A DNA stretch of 63,539 nt, counting the filler, from Octopus bimaculoides (lineage: Eukaryota), in the NCBI RefSeq assembly GCF_001194135.2. It is 8 parts of 7 records of this genome, joined end to end, with 100 filler letters (N's around TTAATTAATTAA, not from the genome) between each part and the next. Parts side by side here need not be neighbours in the genome. Positions count along the whole stretch, not along the records: positions 38,008 to 53,271 come from NC_068990.1; 7 more parts are not named here. One strand, given 5' to 3'. Below the pieces are notes generated by a model, which saw only the letters and a list, made by a program, of their open reading frames with translations, did no database searches and was not told the DNA's origin. This document shows positions 37,908 to 51,065 of the stretch, piece by piece. The stretch's first letter is position 1; each line of letters begins with the position of its first letter. Made by a program: the position numbers and the translations under genes.

Positions 37908-39574
37908 NNNNNNNNNNNNNNNNNNNNNNNNNNNNNNNNNNNNNNNNNNNNTTAATTAATTAANNNNNNNNNNNNNNNNNNNNNNNNNNNNNNNNNNNNN
38001 NNNNNNNCCATCTGTGAAAATAACTCCACAAGTTGCTGCATCCAGAAATTTGTTCCATTTGTTAATTAAAATCGTTGGAAGTAGTGACTCAGTTTGACTC
38101 CTGTTCTGTGATTGAAACCAGCAAAAATAAATGTATGCATGTATGTATGTATGTATGTATGCATGTATGTATGTATGCATGCATGTATGTATGTATGTAT
38201 GTATGTATGTATGTATGTATAAAAGGTGCCCAGTACACTCTGTGGAATGCTTGACATTTGGAAAGACACCCAAATGTAGAAACCGAGCTAGAACAGACAA
38301 TGGAGCCTGGTGTGGCTCCCGGCCTTACCAGCTCCAATCAAACCGTCATCCAACCCATGCCAGAATGGACAACGGATGTTAGATGGTAATGATGATGATG
38401 TTGATATTATTGCTAAAGTGTTATTATCATAATTAAAATCATTCCTTAATTGAATAATTTAAATTATTTTACCTGATATCTGGGCCTTGATGTAGAGCTT
38501 GATCTGCTAGATATCACAGCAGAATCTCCCTTTGACCACACCCACCTTAATTAAACAGCAACACAACCATGGACAACAACAACAACAAAAAATATATCTT
38601 AAACAATCTGACCAATCAAATCCTCCCACATTAAATAACAATTGCACAATAATAACTTAATAACAAAAACACAAGCACAAACAACAATAACAGTATCAAA
38701 AACAAAATTGTAATTAAAAAATAACCCATATGACAAACAAACAATGACATGAACAACAATGCAAAACAAATAAACAATAACACAAATAGAAGTAAACAAA
38801 GAAATGAATAGATATAGAGAAGGAGACAGGAAGTATACAAGACTGGTGGTTAGTAGTCTGATTTGATTGAGAAGGGATGACAGACGACATGATGAAGTAT
38901 TAAAAATTGACCTTAAAAGTCAAATTTTTATGAAACTATAATAAAACTAGATTTTACTATGTATTTTAGACTGGACAGAAAGGTTGATGGAGTAAAATTT
39001 ACATAGTGTTATACTAATATTTAATTGTCTCTTTCTCCATTATTTATTTGCCTGTATCGATGTTGAAAAGAAAAAAATAATGTAAACAGCTGCCCAGAAG
39101 AAGATGAATGAATAAACTCTGTTTTGAGAATATCATAATCATCGTTGACAGCGTCAGCAGCATTGGCGTCAGTGTCATCGTTTAATGTCCATGATTCATG
39201 CTGGTATGGGTTGGATAGTTTGAGAGGATCTGATAGGTTCAAGGACTGCATCATGTGACTGCTTTGATATGGTTTCTTTGACTGGATGCCCCTTCTAACA
39301 CCAACGACTTTACAATATACACTGGGTACTATTTTCCATTCCATCAGCACTACTGAGGTGACCCTGCAGCTTGCAAGACTGTGACACCTGAGGCGATGAA
39401 TAGGGGTAGCATTATGCGAGGAGATGAGAGATTAAAGTATGAGAGAAGTCAAATGGCAAGCAAGTTCTTGTACAGGATCTACATGGCTCCTGCCATTTCG
39501 AAAAGAAGGTGAAAATGCTCAATAGGGAACTATAAAAAGATAAATATAAATAATGATGATGAGGTACTGAGGTG

Positions 39575-40260
39575 GTTCCTCAAGGTTCAACTAATATGGT
39601 TCTTTGTTATTTCTTCAATGAGGTTCAGCATCATGAAATCTACCTCGATTCATTGTATATGTCCCTGGGTCTTCCTCTTCCTTAGGTTCTACCTAATTTC
39701 AACACCCTGCAGCTGTCAGCTTCTGTACACATCACATCTTTATACTAAATTCTAGTGCAGTCTTCTTTTTCATATGCTACATTAGATTCCTTGTATATGC
39801 AATTTTTCTAATTTCATTTGAATTAGATTGTTCTTACACACAAACATTATACATTCAGTAGAGCATGCTGGCTTCATTTCTTTGTAGTCGTTGTAGGTCC
39901 CTTGTATACAGAGTTCATTTCTTACTCCCTTGCAGTTCATACACAAATTTCATACAATCTGCCTTTTACACCGAGAGAAACAATATGTTAACAACAGCAA
40001 AAGCAATAGCTTCCTGAACTCTCCAGCTTGTTCTTACTCTGACTACTACAGTTTAGGAACAACCGCATCTACTGATAATTAACTTAAATATATAACAGTA
40101 GTTATCAGCTATTTTTAAATCGTAGGGAACCTTCTGGGCATTTGAGGGAATGTGTTTCCTGTGTACTCTTAGTGTTTGTTGCCTCTGTACATTTGCCACA
40201 TGAAAAGATTGCTTTCTTCCATTAATCTGCCTGTGATTCCACAGCACCTCATAGTTATGG
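39575..40260 (-). mobile_element. RTE LINE 3' fragment with Cys-rich insert
   Basis: RCCGITGRL, FSCGKCTEATNTK..SLKCPEGSL, SRCGCS, VVRVRTSW, GRGRPR motifs across frameshifts. Confidence 0.75.
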
Positions 40261-40269
40261 GAACAGCGA

Positions 40270-40380
40270 TTAGGAAGAGAATTAGCCTAGATTAGATGCA
40301 ATTTGGTTTTGTGCCAGGAAGAAGTACTACTAAAGCCAGCTTCCTAGTGAGAAAACTGCAAGAGAAGTACTTAGCTAATG
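40270..40380 (+). mobile_element. RTE RT fragment in opposite orientation
   Basis: LD*MQFGFVPGRSTTKASFLVRKLQEKYLA. Confidence 0.8.
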
Positions 40381-40693
40381 TGTGTGTGTGAATAGTAGCC
40401 AAATTTCCCTCAAATCACACTCACCTATCTTACAAAAGGAGAGAACACATTGGACAATGCAGTTCTAAATATACAAAAAGATGAGATTACATACATATGA
40501 TATGCAACAAAGAATACAACAATGTTGTGCATAACAGTCTTCCTTTATTAAAAAAAATAGGATTGACTCATTCATTTTGCTCAAGGGAGCTATTTTCTGT
40601 TGGTTTTTTTAAAAAATTTTTGTTCTTTCTTTTTATTTTTGGTTTCAAATTGTTACAGACAAATAAATAATAATAATAAAGCAAATAGAACAT

Positions 40694-40775
40694 TCATTCC
40701 CAAATATTGTCATTATCAATAAAGAGGCAAAAGTGTGTTGCTTCATCAATGTTGCTTGTCCTTTTTGATGCAAGG
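40694..40775 (-). CDS. Candidate terminal coding exon of a small minus-strand gene
   Basis: Acceptor cacattcgttttctatcag|. Phase-2 frame LASKRTSNIDEATHFCLFIDNDNIWE*. AATAAA at 40632 and 40544, the latter followed by a GT-rich tract. Confidence 0.35.
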
Positions 40776-40902
40776 CTGATAGAAAACGAATGTGAGAACA
40801 TAGAAAATACCAGTATCTGAACAAACTGCAAATAATTTAGAATTGCCTTAAAGTTATTGATATCCAAATTGTAATAGGAACTGTTGCCGAAAGTTTGAAT
40901 GG

Positions 40903-41258
40903 TCAGATGAGGTTGTTGGATATCAAGATGAATTTCCTGACTCTACAGTAATCATGTTTGTTTGGTACAGTGAGGACTATTGTAAAAGTGCTAGTTTTAT
41001 AATGTTGTGGGACACAATTTGATACTTGATGATCCAAAACCAGCAGAACAACGATGAAATAATGAGGAGATGAAATGTTAATAATGATAAAAGTAATAGA
41101 AGTGTTATAAAAGGTTTGTCTCCTTGGCGTGGCCAGAATAATCAGGAAAGTATTAGATAGTTGAAAAGAATGGATAATATGGTACCATAGGCTGTAGGTA
41201 GCAAGCCCACTACACATGCAAGGCTCCAGGAGCTCCAACAAAACTTGTGATAAAAAGA

Positions 41259-41301
<43 letters not shown>

Positions 41302-41430
41302 GAGCTGGACAATATCTTGCCCAAGGAAATGAAACACAAGGTCATCACTGCATATTTCAAGTGCCTCAAACTTCTCTTGAAATCAAAACTCAACTCAAAG
41401 AACCTTGTGACTGCCATCAACGCATGCGCT
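40903..41430 (+). mobile_element. Two tandem R4/Dong-like 3' ends, (AAT)n tail, and an RT-distal fragment
   Basis: LQ*SCLFGTVRTIVKVL* and L*KVCLLGVARIIRKVLDS*, (AAT)n at about 41258-41300, then a KLLLKSKLNSKNLVTAIN-like piece. Confidence 0.75.
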
Positions 41431-42235
41431 TGTGTGTGTGTGTAGGTGAAAAGTTGTTGACTTAAGTGTTCATTACTTGTAGTTTCATAGGCATGTGAAA
41501 TACCTGTTTAATCATCTAATCATTAATGTCCATCATAAAACTTAGGGCAGACATTTAACAATTAAACATATATGAACTTCCAAGTACTGAACACTTCAGT
41601 TGAAAACTATTCTTCTATGAATATAAAACTCTTCTTCATGCACTGCATTCTCATTTCTGTTGTTTGGACATTTAAATGTATATATGTATAAGATGTAAGT
41701 GTTGTAAGGACATGAGTAGCAGAGTAGGTCATGTATTAGACAATCGACTGAGAGGTGCGTAGTATCCTGTCACATATACAGCATTATAAAGTCAATGACC
41801 AAGATGCTTAACTCTGAATAGGATTAGTCCATTTAGCTGAAAGTAGGAGGCTTGTAGCAACTTGTTATTCATATAAAAAGTACAGCAAGTCATCACATGT
41901 GAGGGAATGTGGGGTGGTAACATGTATGATGATGCTGTCATTGATTGTTTCAGATATCTGTAAAATCATAGGGACCCCTTACCTTTGATCCCACAGAACA
42001 TCTAAGATGTGACAAATGGAGAGACAGGGGACTGTACCAGCCCCTGGATGGTATTCTTTATAGTTGAATGAACTGGAGCATTATGAAATGAAATGTTTTC
42101 CTTAAGAACACAATGCAGTGCTTATTCTAAGAATTGAAATCATGACTTTAGGGACATGAGCTGAACACTGAACCCAGTGAAAGGCATTCTAGCCATGACC
42201 ATACCATGTTTACTAATGATATTCTTTTCTTTTAT

Positions 42236-42645
42236 TCTTTTAGTCATTTAACTGCGGCCATGCTGGAGCACCACCTTGAAGGATGTTAGTCAAATAAATT
42301 GAGCCCAGGACTTATTTTTTAAGCCTAGTACTTATTCCATCAGTCTCTTTTGCCAAACCGCTAAGTTACAGGGACCTAAACACACCAGCACCAGTTGTCA
42401 AGTGATGATGGGGGGGGGGAGGCAAACACAGACACAAAGACACACACACACAGGTATGTATGTATATATATATGATGAGCTTCTTTCAGTTTCTGTCTAC
42501 CAAATCCATTCACAAGGCTTTGGTCAGCCCGAGGCTACAGTAGAAGACACTTGCCCAAGGTACCATGCAGTGGGACTGAACATGGAACCATGTGGTTGGG
42601 AAGCAAGCGTCTTACCACACAGCTACACCTGTGCATATGCACAGC
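42236..42645 (-). mobile_element. SINE family A copy, CpG-decayed
   Basis: Homologous to the other A copies, with CG changed to CA/TG at several sites. Confidence 0.85.
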
Positions 42646-44007
42646 CATGCCTACACCTATCTGGGAATAATGAGTTCTTCCTCTTCTTTTAAGAGAGTAG
42701 GTTGAAATTTGAATGAATTTCTGCTGTTATTTCTAGCAGCCAGAGCAGCCTCGTTCGTTTGTAAACTCAAACCTAATCATTGTACTCGAATGAGAGAATC
42801 TACGCTGCAAAGATAACAGCTTCAATCACTCAGTGCAATCTACAAATCCTTTGTTCCAATTATACTGTGCCTCCATTTCATTGAAAATTTCATTGAATAT
42901 TTTGACATGCAGCAGTTCTATAGACCAAACTGATTCAACATCTAATTTATGCTTTCAGTCAAATTTCTCGTTCCATACATTAATGTTACAACTCAATGAA
43001 CCACAGAAGCAATGGTGAAGCTTCACAAACAAACCTTCTTTTAGATTATGATTAAAGTTTATTTACAGCCTTTCAACATTTCTGCTCTGATGAAGGACCC
43101 TGCTGGAAACATTAGAATGCTCCTCTCCTCATAACATACACACACACACATATATATATGGCAGTATAGCTCCTTCTGGTGATAATTTCCCTAGAAACTT
43201 CAATGTACAGAACTTCAACTCCAACTACATCAATTTAATCAGTATAAGAGGAATTGCAAAGGTCAGGGCTGTCATTTCACTTCCTTCAGTTAATAAAGAT
43301 AAAAAGGGGTCAGCTTTTTTACAGAAGAAAACTGAGAAGGGATTGAACAATCAGTTGTTAACTATAAGACAGTGAACTGGCAGAGGTTTCAGAGCATTTG
43401 ATAGAATACCTTGTGGTGTTTGGCCAGCTCTGCAATCTGAATTCAAATCCTGTCAAGGTCAACTTTACCGTTTATCCTTTCAAGATCAATAAAAATGTAT
43501 CAATCCTTGATAATGAATTGACAATACTGTATGAATGTCAGACTGAATGCCTGGTGGTATTTTGGTTTTGATTTGTCATCAATGCTTCTATAACTTTGTT
43601 TTTTTCTAGATAGGAGTCTTGACCTCTGAGAAGAAGTAATCCATATTAACCTGACCTTTATTCTTTGATCTGTCCAGCATTGGATTCCCTACTAGGAGCT
43701 TGCACTCCACTGGAAGAGCTCCCAAGATCATTGAGGTATACGAGCCACCAGACCACAGCAAGGACTGGACTTTGTGGTGGATGGAAATAACTTCATATTA
43801 TATCATACTGATGCCGACCAACTTAAATGTCATAACATGATTCACATTACAATGAGAGTTTGATCTAGATTTTATAATTTTTACATGAATTCGTTAATAG
43901 AAGCAGTTTAAGATGGGTTGGTGTTAAAAGCGTTCAGAAGTGAAGAAGTGTTGTTATTGTTATTTAGCACTAAGTTGGCCCTGGTTGAGAAGATGTATAC
44001 TCTAAAG

Positions 44008-44301
44008 CAGGGGTTTTCAAACTGTGGTCCGCGGACCACAGGGGGTCCGCAAGGACAAGACAGGGGGTCCGTAGACAGCAAATACTTTTTATGGGCAATT
44101 TGATTTTATATATGTTTTTTATCGAAATCTTTTAATTGACAATAAACCTATTTGTTAAATACTGTTAAATAAATAAATGCAAAAATATGTTATTTTAAGC
44201 AAATATTTATGTATAAATTTCATAAGCGTTTATAAGGGGGTCTCTAAGGTAAAGCCTGAAATATAAAGGGGTCTGCAAGTCAAAAAGTTTGAAAACCCCT
44301 G
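44008..44301. mobile_element. hAT (Charlie-like) MITE, 294 bp, complete
   Basis: Perfect 16-bp TIRs CAGGGGTTTTCAAACT/AGTTTGAAAACCCCTG and perfect 8-bp TSD CTCTAAAG (44000-44007, 44302-44309). Confidence 0.95.
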
Positions 44302-45080
44302 CTCTAAAGCATTCAGGTCATAACCATTTTGTCTTATTTATTTTGTCTGATTTAGGCACAAAGCCAATAATCTTTAGGGGAGAAGTTAGTGAATATAAAG
44401 GACCCTAGTTTATGACTGATACTTTATTTTATTGACTGCAAAGCATGAAAAGCAAAGCTGAATCCAGCAGGATTTGAACTCAGAACATAAAGAATCTGAA
44501 GAATATCAAAAAGCTTTTCTTCCAACACTCTTATGACTCGGCCAACTCATCACCTTATTTTCAGGAATTATTTACACGGAATGTAAAAGCATGTGGCTTA
44601 ATAGTTAAGCTGTTGGGCTCATGACTATAAAGCTGTGGCTTCAATCCCCAAACTGGCCACACATTATGTTCTTGAGCAAGGCACTTAATTTCATGTGGCT
44701 CCCAGCTGAAAATGAATTCTACTGAGTGCTGCCTAGCAGACTAGCTTCAAATCTTGCAAATACAAACTGTCAATGACACAAGATTACAGATGATAAGGTA
44801 TTTAAGGTGTCATTATCCAAAGTGTCCTTCTTTAAAATAGCAAGGTGTACTTTGAGGAGGATTTGTCTGATGTTTCTAGCAGTCAAGTGACCATGTAGAG
44901 GCTCCTTTAATGACTCCTTTAAGAAGTGTGATGCTACGAGATAGTGTGACATGGGTGTTAATTATGGAAGATTCATGGTGGTTAGTGTGAAATCATTTCA
45001 GTAACAGCTGTTTGATTTTAATCTTAATCTGCATAAAAGTTAGAGCATTAAGCAGAAAGAGAGAGAGAGAGAGATAGAGA

Positions 45081-45135
<55 letters not shown>

Positions 45136-45209
45136 GGAGAGAGAGTCAGACGGACAGACAGAGAAAGAGTGAGGCTAGGCTTTAAAAACATCAGCTGATG
45201 TATTTAGAA

Positions 45210-45400
45210 GAGATGACTTTACTGGTGTGGACAAGTGGTGTGAACAGACAGTGTGAACATATGTCAGTTGTGTTGTTGAAGGTATCATGGCAGAGGAAGA
45301 CTGAAAGAAGACAAGAGAGGAAGTGGTGACATTAGATCTCAGGATATGGGGTTTTCTATAGAAGACTCGACACAGGATTGAAATGAGTGACAATTTATTT
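45210..45400 (+). mobile_element. RTE LINE C-terminal remnant
   Basis: Degenerate VEG..GRGR-x-KKT-x-EEVV-x-LDLRI motif. Confidence 0.55.
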
Positions 45401-46489
45401 ATTATATTACAAAACCTGTAGAATCCTTAAGAGGACTGGAAAAGCAGATGCTAAAATGGTGATGATGATGATGGTGGTATGGTGGTGGTGGTGGTGTGGT
45501 GGTGGTGGTGGTGGTGGTGATGAAACGATGAAGATTAACGATGGTGATGATAATGACAATGGCGGTGGCGGTGGTGGTAGCAGTGGTGATGGTATCAGTG
45601 ACTGGAACCATTTTGTAAATGGTAAGCCAGCTAGAAATTTCTGGACAGTGTTTCTTGGAGATATTGTTTAGGCAGTTTGCCATCATGGTTGGGCAGTTTG
45701 CCTGGCAATATCAGAATCTTTCCAATGGCATCAGCTTCGTTAACTGATATAGATGGTAAGTTAATGTAGTGTGTACCAAAGACTTTGAACCACCACAGAA
45801 GTTTCAGCTTCTTCTCATCAGAGAAGTTAATCTGATGCAGTCCACCTAGTGCTTCCTTCTAGTTGTTTTGCATTAAATGGACAAGAAATAAATATCCACA
45901 TGGATAGGGTGTTAGTCCATCGCAGGTAACTTTCCCCGAATGACCTGGTAAATATTCCTTCCGTTGGTTACATCATCATCAACTTCACCATCACTACCTT
46001 CGTTATGTAAATATCTACTCTTCTATGCTTGGATGGACTGAACAGAATTTTTTGAGGCAAATTGTCTGTAGCTGGATGCTCTTTGTGTCACCAACCCTCG
46101 TGTGTTTCCTCATGGTCAGTTATGTGTTTTGAGAAGACTGGAAATGATCCCTGCTTGCATGACACGACATCCATCCATCCATACATACATTACAAACAAA
46201 CGTAGATACATAGATACATACATACACACAGACACAAACATACACATACCTACCTATCGACCACTTATGAACTGAAATAATGAAGAATAAATGTTCTGTC
46301 CAGAAACGTAATAAAACACTGGCAGCAGATTTGAACTCACAATATCTTATCTGTGCAACCATTTTACTCCTTCAAGCCATGATAGGAAAAGAATTCAACA
46401 CTGCAAATCAACAAAATATTCATTAGATTTACTGTACTCTGACATGAGTGAATAGGATGTGTCTATATCAGGGATAGGAAACTCCTTAC

Positions 46490-46561
46490 CCACCCACTGA
46501 CAAAATTTCATCTTCAATCATATTTGAAGTCTCTTGCTGATGAAGTTCTCTAAAAACACTT
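46490..46561 (-). CDS. Candidate 72-bp internal exon (phase 2-2)
   Basis: tttacacag| ... GG|GTAAGG with open frame SVFRELHQQETSNMIEDEILSVG, phase-compatible with 40775. Weakened by homology to 48620-48750. Confidence 0.3.
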
Positions 46562-47198
46562 CTGTGTAAACTACATTTTAATCCTCAAGATCAAAGCAAT
46601 AATTTAATATAAGTTGCTTTTGACACTCCATATGATTATTTCAATTATAACTGGTTAATTAAAACATTATAGTTTAATTAATGTTGCTCTAAATGATAAG
46701 GTGCACCAGTACCAGCAATAACATCATTTTACCTCTGCTTTCCATGTCAGTATAGACTGAATGGACTGTCTCCTATCAAGTCCATATTCTGAGTTGCAGC
46801 CTTCCTGACGTTCTATTTTTTGCTTGATTTGTACAGCTGGATGCTCTTCCTATCACCAACTACTTTACAGGGCATTCTAGGTGCATTTTATCTTAATACC
46901 AGCACCAGAGAGGTTGTCAAATGCTTAACAAGACAAAACTAAGAGTCCTCTCAACCTTCCATCCTCTTCACTTAGACACTAACCACTTTGCAGAGTGCAC
47001 TGGGTGCATTTTGTTGTGGCACAAGCATTAGTGAGGTTGCCTTGTACAGAGCAAGACAAAAGTATTCACTTCTCTATGCTGTCTCTTTGTTCATTGAAGG
47101 TAACCATGGTGAATAGAGAAGGCAATTGCAGATGATGAAAGATGAAACAAGTGAGACTATGATGGAGAAAGAGAAATTGTGGTGACAATGTGAAAGAG

Positions 47199-47238
<40 letters not shown>

Positions 47239-47559
47239 ACAAGGCAGAGTAACGGAAGAGAGGGAAAGAGAGAGATATGGAGAGTCATGGCAGGGTGCAA
47301 TGCAAGATTTGAAATTCATTATTTTTCTTTGTACAGATGTGCTCTTGCAGTTTATGACTGTTTGTTTCACCTTTGGTAATAATAAAAGTAACTTAAACCT
47401 TAATAAAAAAAAAAGCCCAGCTAAGCGTACCTTTACTCACAGCTTATTGTCTTTAAAAAGAAACGACACATTAGGGAATGTAGTCCTAGATATACAATGC
47501 CTGAAGAAGAAGGAAGGTAGTCATGACTGGATCACCATTGATTATAGGTTTATTGTATA

Positions 47560-47960
47560 AAAACTGACCCAGGGACAAGCAGCAGCAGCGGTGGCGACGA
47601 CGACAACAACAACAACAACAACAGTAGTACCCCGAACTTATTTTAGTCGTAAGTTGAGCTCCATTTTGCTACCTCTTTACAGCCAAAAGAGACTGGATGA
47701 CAAAAGACAAAACAGCGATTTGTTGTTGAGTAATATAACACGTGTTTGTGTAAAAGGAGGGGCGGAGTGATGGTGATATAGTGAGATAGACAGAGCAAGC
47801 ACAATGTGTGTGTGTGTGTATGTGTATGTGCGTGTATATATGTACGTTTGTATGAATGTATATATGGCAATGTTTCGATATTAGTATATGACGTCAGTCA
47901 TGAATGATTGTGTTTGTTCAACTGATGAAACAATGTTATACGCTCACTCATGACGTCATA
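47560..47960 (-). promoter_or_regulatory. CpG-richer promoter/first-exon-like region with two perfect CRE palindromes
   Basis: TGACGTCA at 47889-47896 and 47951-47958, an AAAATGG (YY1-like) motif at about 47661, a minus-strand donor G|GTCAGT at 47568, and an abrupt CpG rise relative to 38.4-47.5 kb. Confidence 0.45.
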
Positions 47961-48265
47961 GACTTTTACCGAAAGATCACACACGCACGCACTCACGCAC
48001 ACACACACACACACACATCGAGAGAAAGAGATTGAAAGAAGAATGTTTTTAACAAGCTAAAAAGGAAGCAATTTAAAAATAAAAGTAAAAAGACGGAAAA
48101 CATTAAGAAAACATTAAATGTTTACTCTATTGTCAATTATTGCTGTTTTACCTTTAATTTTTACCTCTTTTACACGAGATGGAGAGACCGAACGAAAGAG
48201 GAAGATAGATAGACAAAAAGAGAGAGAGACAGAGAAAGAGAGAGAGGAAGTAAGTGACAGAGCCG

Positions 48266-48301
<36 letters not shown>

Positions 48302-49589
48302 GTTTTTCCTGTTTGTCCAAGATTGAGAATAATATTCAATGTGTAATCAAAGATAACACCAGATGTCTATCGTATTTAATTGTTCATTTTCAAATTAACC
48401 CCGATCCTTCAGGCCTATGGTTAGAGGTATTCCAACCGTGACCATCCTATCTTTTAATGATATTTAATTTATAAAAGACTAACGTTGTCTAAAATGCTCT
48501 TCTATCTCTCTCTTTTTTTTTTTATAGCTAGCAGGTTGTGATATAAGATATATCTTCTTGGATAATACATTTGCGCTGAGAAAAATAGCATATCTATAAT
48601 TTTACCAATCCATAGATGAGTAAGTTCTGTCATGTTACTGTTTTGTTCTTACGGATTAAACCTTTATTTTCATGAGTTTTTAGGGAACTTCGTCAGCTGG
48701 CAGTTTCCCATGAGAAAGAAAGAAAGGAGTTTCTTATATCTGATAAAGGATCTTTCTATGAAGCTTGTCTACCGTATTAAGAGAATATAGAAAAAGATCT
48801 AAAGTGCATTGAATTTATTATTTATTTATTTTAATGTCCCATTGAAATAAATAATAAATATAAGTTCAAGATTAGCTGCGAGGATAGTAGTGATGAACCG
48901 AGCAAGGTAATCGAAGTTCAAAAGATGAACGGAACGAAGCGAGCTTTCTTCTTTTGGGATCGAATGTTAACAGGAAATCTGTGTGTGTTATTGCGTGAAC
49001 ATACGTTAACGTGGTATATGTGTGTGTGTGCATGTAAGTGTGTAAACTTGTGCGTGTAACAACGAAAATCTGTGCATGTGTTAACATGTATATGTGTGTA
49101 TTTTAATGTGTGAACCTGTATTTGCTTTCAGGCTTTGTATGTGTGTGTGTGTTTGTGCTCGCGCGTGCGTGCATATGGGTGCACATGTACTATTGCATAC
49201 TTTTAAAAATTGGATCGAAAACGAAAGTGGAATCTTCAGCCTCCAAGAATCCGAGTGACACAAGGGAAGTAACTCGGTATGACCTTCGTTTTGCAGTTAG
49301 ATTAATCTGTATTCGCTCAATTATAGAATCGGATTCGGATCACACTTCTCTCGTATCGACAATGGAGATTCATTTGTTCGACCAACTGAAATCTTACTCG
49401 TGAAATTATTGTGTAAAGTGGCTGAGCATTTAACACAATTCTCTATGACAAGGCTGGATTTTTAAAATTAAAAGTACAACCACAATTGATCACTGTTACT
49501 AGAGTAAAACTTTATTGATCTAGGTTAACCTCATTAGGATTTGAACACAGAATGCAGAAAATAAATCTCCAGCGACCCTACCCTATCCT

Positions 49590-50680
49590 ATCCCTAATCA
49601 TCTTCCATATTCATATTTTTTTCGGCCAAATGATTTTGAAGACTGCAGAATAAATGATAATCAGATATGGCAATATCCAGTGAATATGGTGGGTGAGGCA
49701 TCATTTTCCATTCAAACTGCTCCAGCCTTTGGAATGTCATCCTCACTGTATGTAGCTGAGCATTATCCTGATGGAAGAACACTTTTCATCTTGAAATCAA
49801 AGATGGTCGTTTTTCTTCTAGCACTAACTTAAGCCGCTCAAGCTGCTTGCAATAGATCTCCTTTGTTATTGTTTGGTTTGGGTTTAAAAGTTCAAAGTGG
49901 ATTAAAGCTTTCATATCTCACCAAACAGATAATAACACCTTACGTGGGTAAAGACCTTCTTTAGCCTGGAGTGCTGGTGTTTCTCCTTTCCCTACCCACT
50001 GTCTTCGGTGCTTGACATTTTTATAGAGAACCCATTTCTCCTCACCAGTCACTATTCAGCCCAAAAGACGTTCTTTCATGAGATGTGACAGCAAACAAGA
50101 GCACACATTAACTCTCTACACGCGATTAGACTCGGAAAGTTTGTGAGGAACCCAGTGACCCAATTTGCTGACTTTCCGATGACACTTAGGTGTCGATGAA
50201 TGGTTGAATGACCAAATCCAAGCTTCTCTGCTAGTTCCTCAACAGTTCCGATGGGATTTTGTTCCACCAGGGTTTGCAGACCTTCCAGGATGAGACTCAT
50301 TTTCTAGACTGTAGTTTCCAGCTTGGAATTTCTGGAACACTGGCTTATGCTTATTGTCTGATCCCCCATATACTGCATTAATATTCCTCTCACTTTCTAT
50401 TGCATTGTTGCCTTTATTGAACTCATAAAGCAAAATATGCTGAATATGCTCCTTTGTCACTTCCACAATAGCTTTGAAAAAATAACTTAAAATCAAACTG
50501 CACTCTTCAAAACTTGCACTAAGAATAAGCACAAGGTAAAATTACAACCTGCTTTTATAACAAGTTGATGTAGGTCGTTTATCCCATCCTCTCTGACTTT
50601 TTACCATTTAAAAACACACAAACACCATTACATTCACTTCAACATTTAAATTTAATTTGTGTCAAATTATTTTAATCATT
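49590..50680 (-). mobile_element. Mariner (DD34D) element, nearly full-length decayed transposase
   Basis: EHIQHILLYEFNKG, TVEELAEKLG..STIHRHL, IVTGEEKWVLY, FFHQDNA, HPPYSLDIAISDYHLF. Confidence 0.92.
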
Positions 50681-50824
50681 TTNNNNNNNNNNATGTTGAA
50701 GTGAATGTAACGATTTTTTGTGCTTTTTTTAAATGGCTTATAAACACTTTCCACACTGCAATTGTTTTTGTTTCAGCACCTGATCTCAAATCAAATCACT
50801 TGGTATGCAAGTACATCTTCGTAA

Positions 50825-50881
<57 letters not shown>

Positions 50882-51065
50882 GTATATAAATGAATAAATA
50901 TTCATAAAGATATCATTATTATTATTATTATTGTCATCAGCAATAGATATATAAATAATTAATAATAATAACAATAATATTGGTGGTCAGCAAGCAATAA
51001 TGTCGTTATATGGTTAATCAATAAACTTTTATGATTAATAAATAATTATAATAGAGGGTACACAA

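Noticed and set aside
43080-43125. Hammerhead at CTGATGAAGG...GAAAC
   Set aside because: Helices I and II do not pair convincingly.
45790-45830. Minus-strand CTGATGAGAAGAAGCTGAAAC hammerhead, and the overlapping ~75-codon open frame KEALGGLHQINF...
   Set aside because: No helix I/III pairing. The frame has weak splice sites, no homology, and a phase incompatible with the neighbouring candidate exon.
40694-46561. BRCT-domain resemblance (GG...ATH) in the stitched peptide
   Set aside because: The peptide stops about 10 residues later, too short for a BRCT fold.
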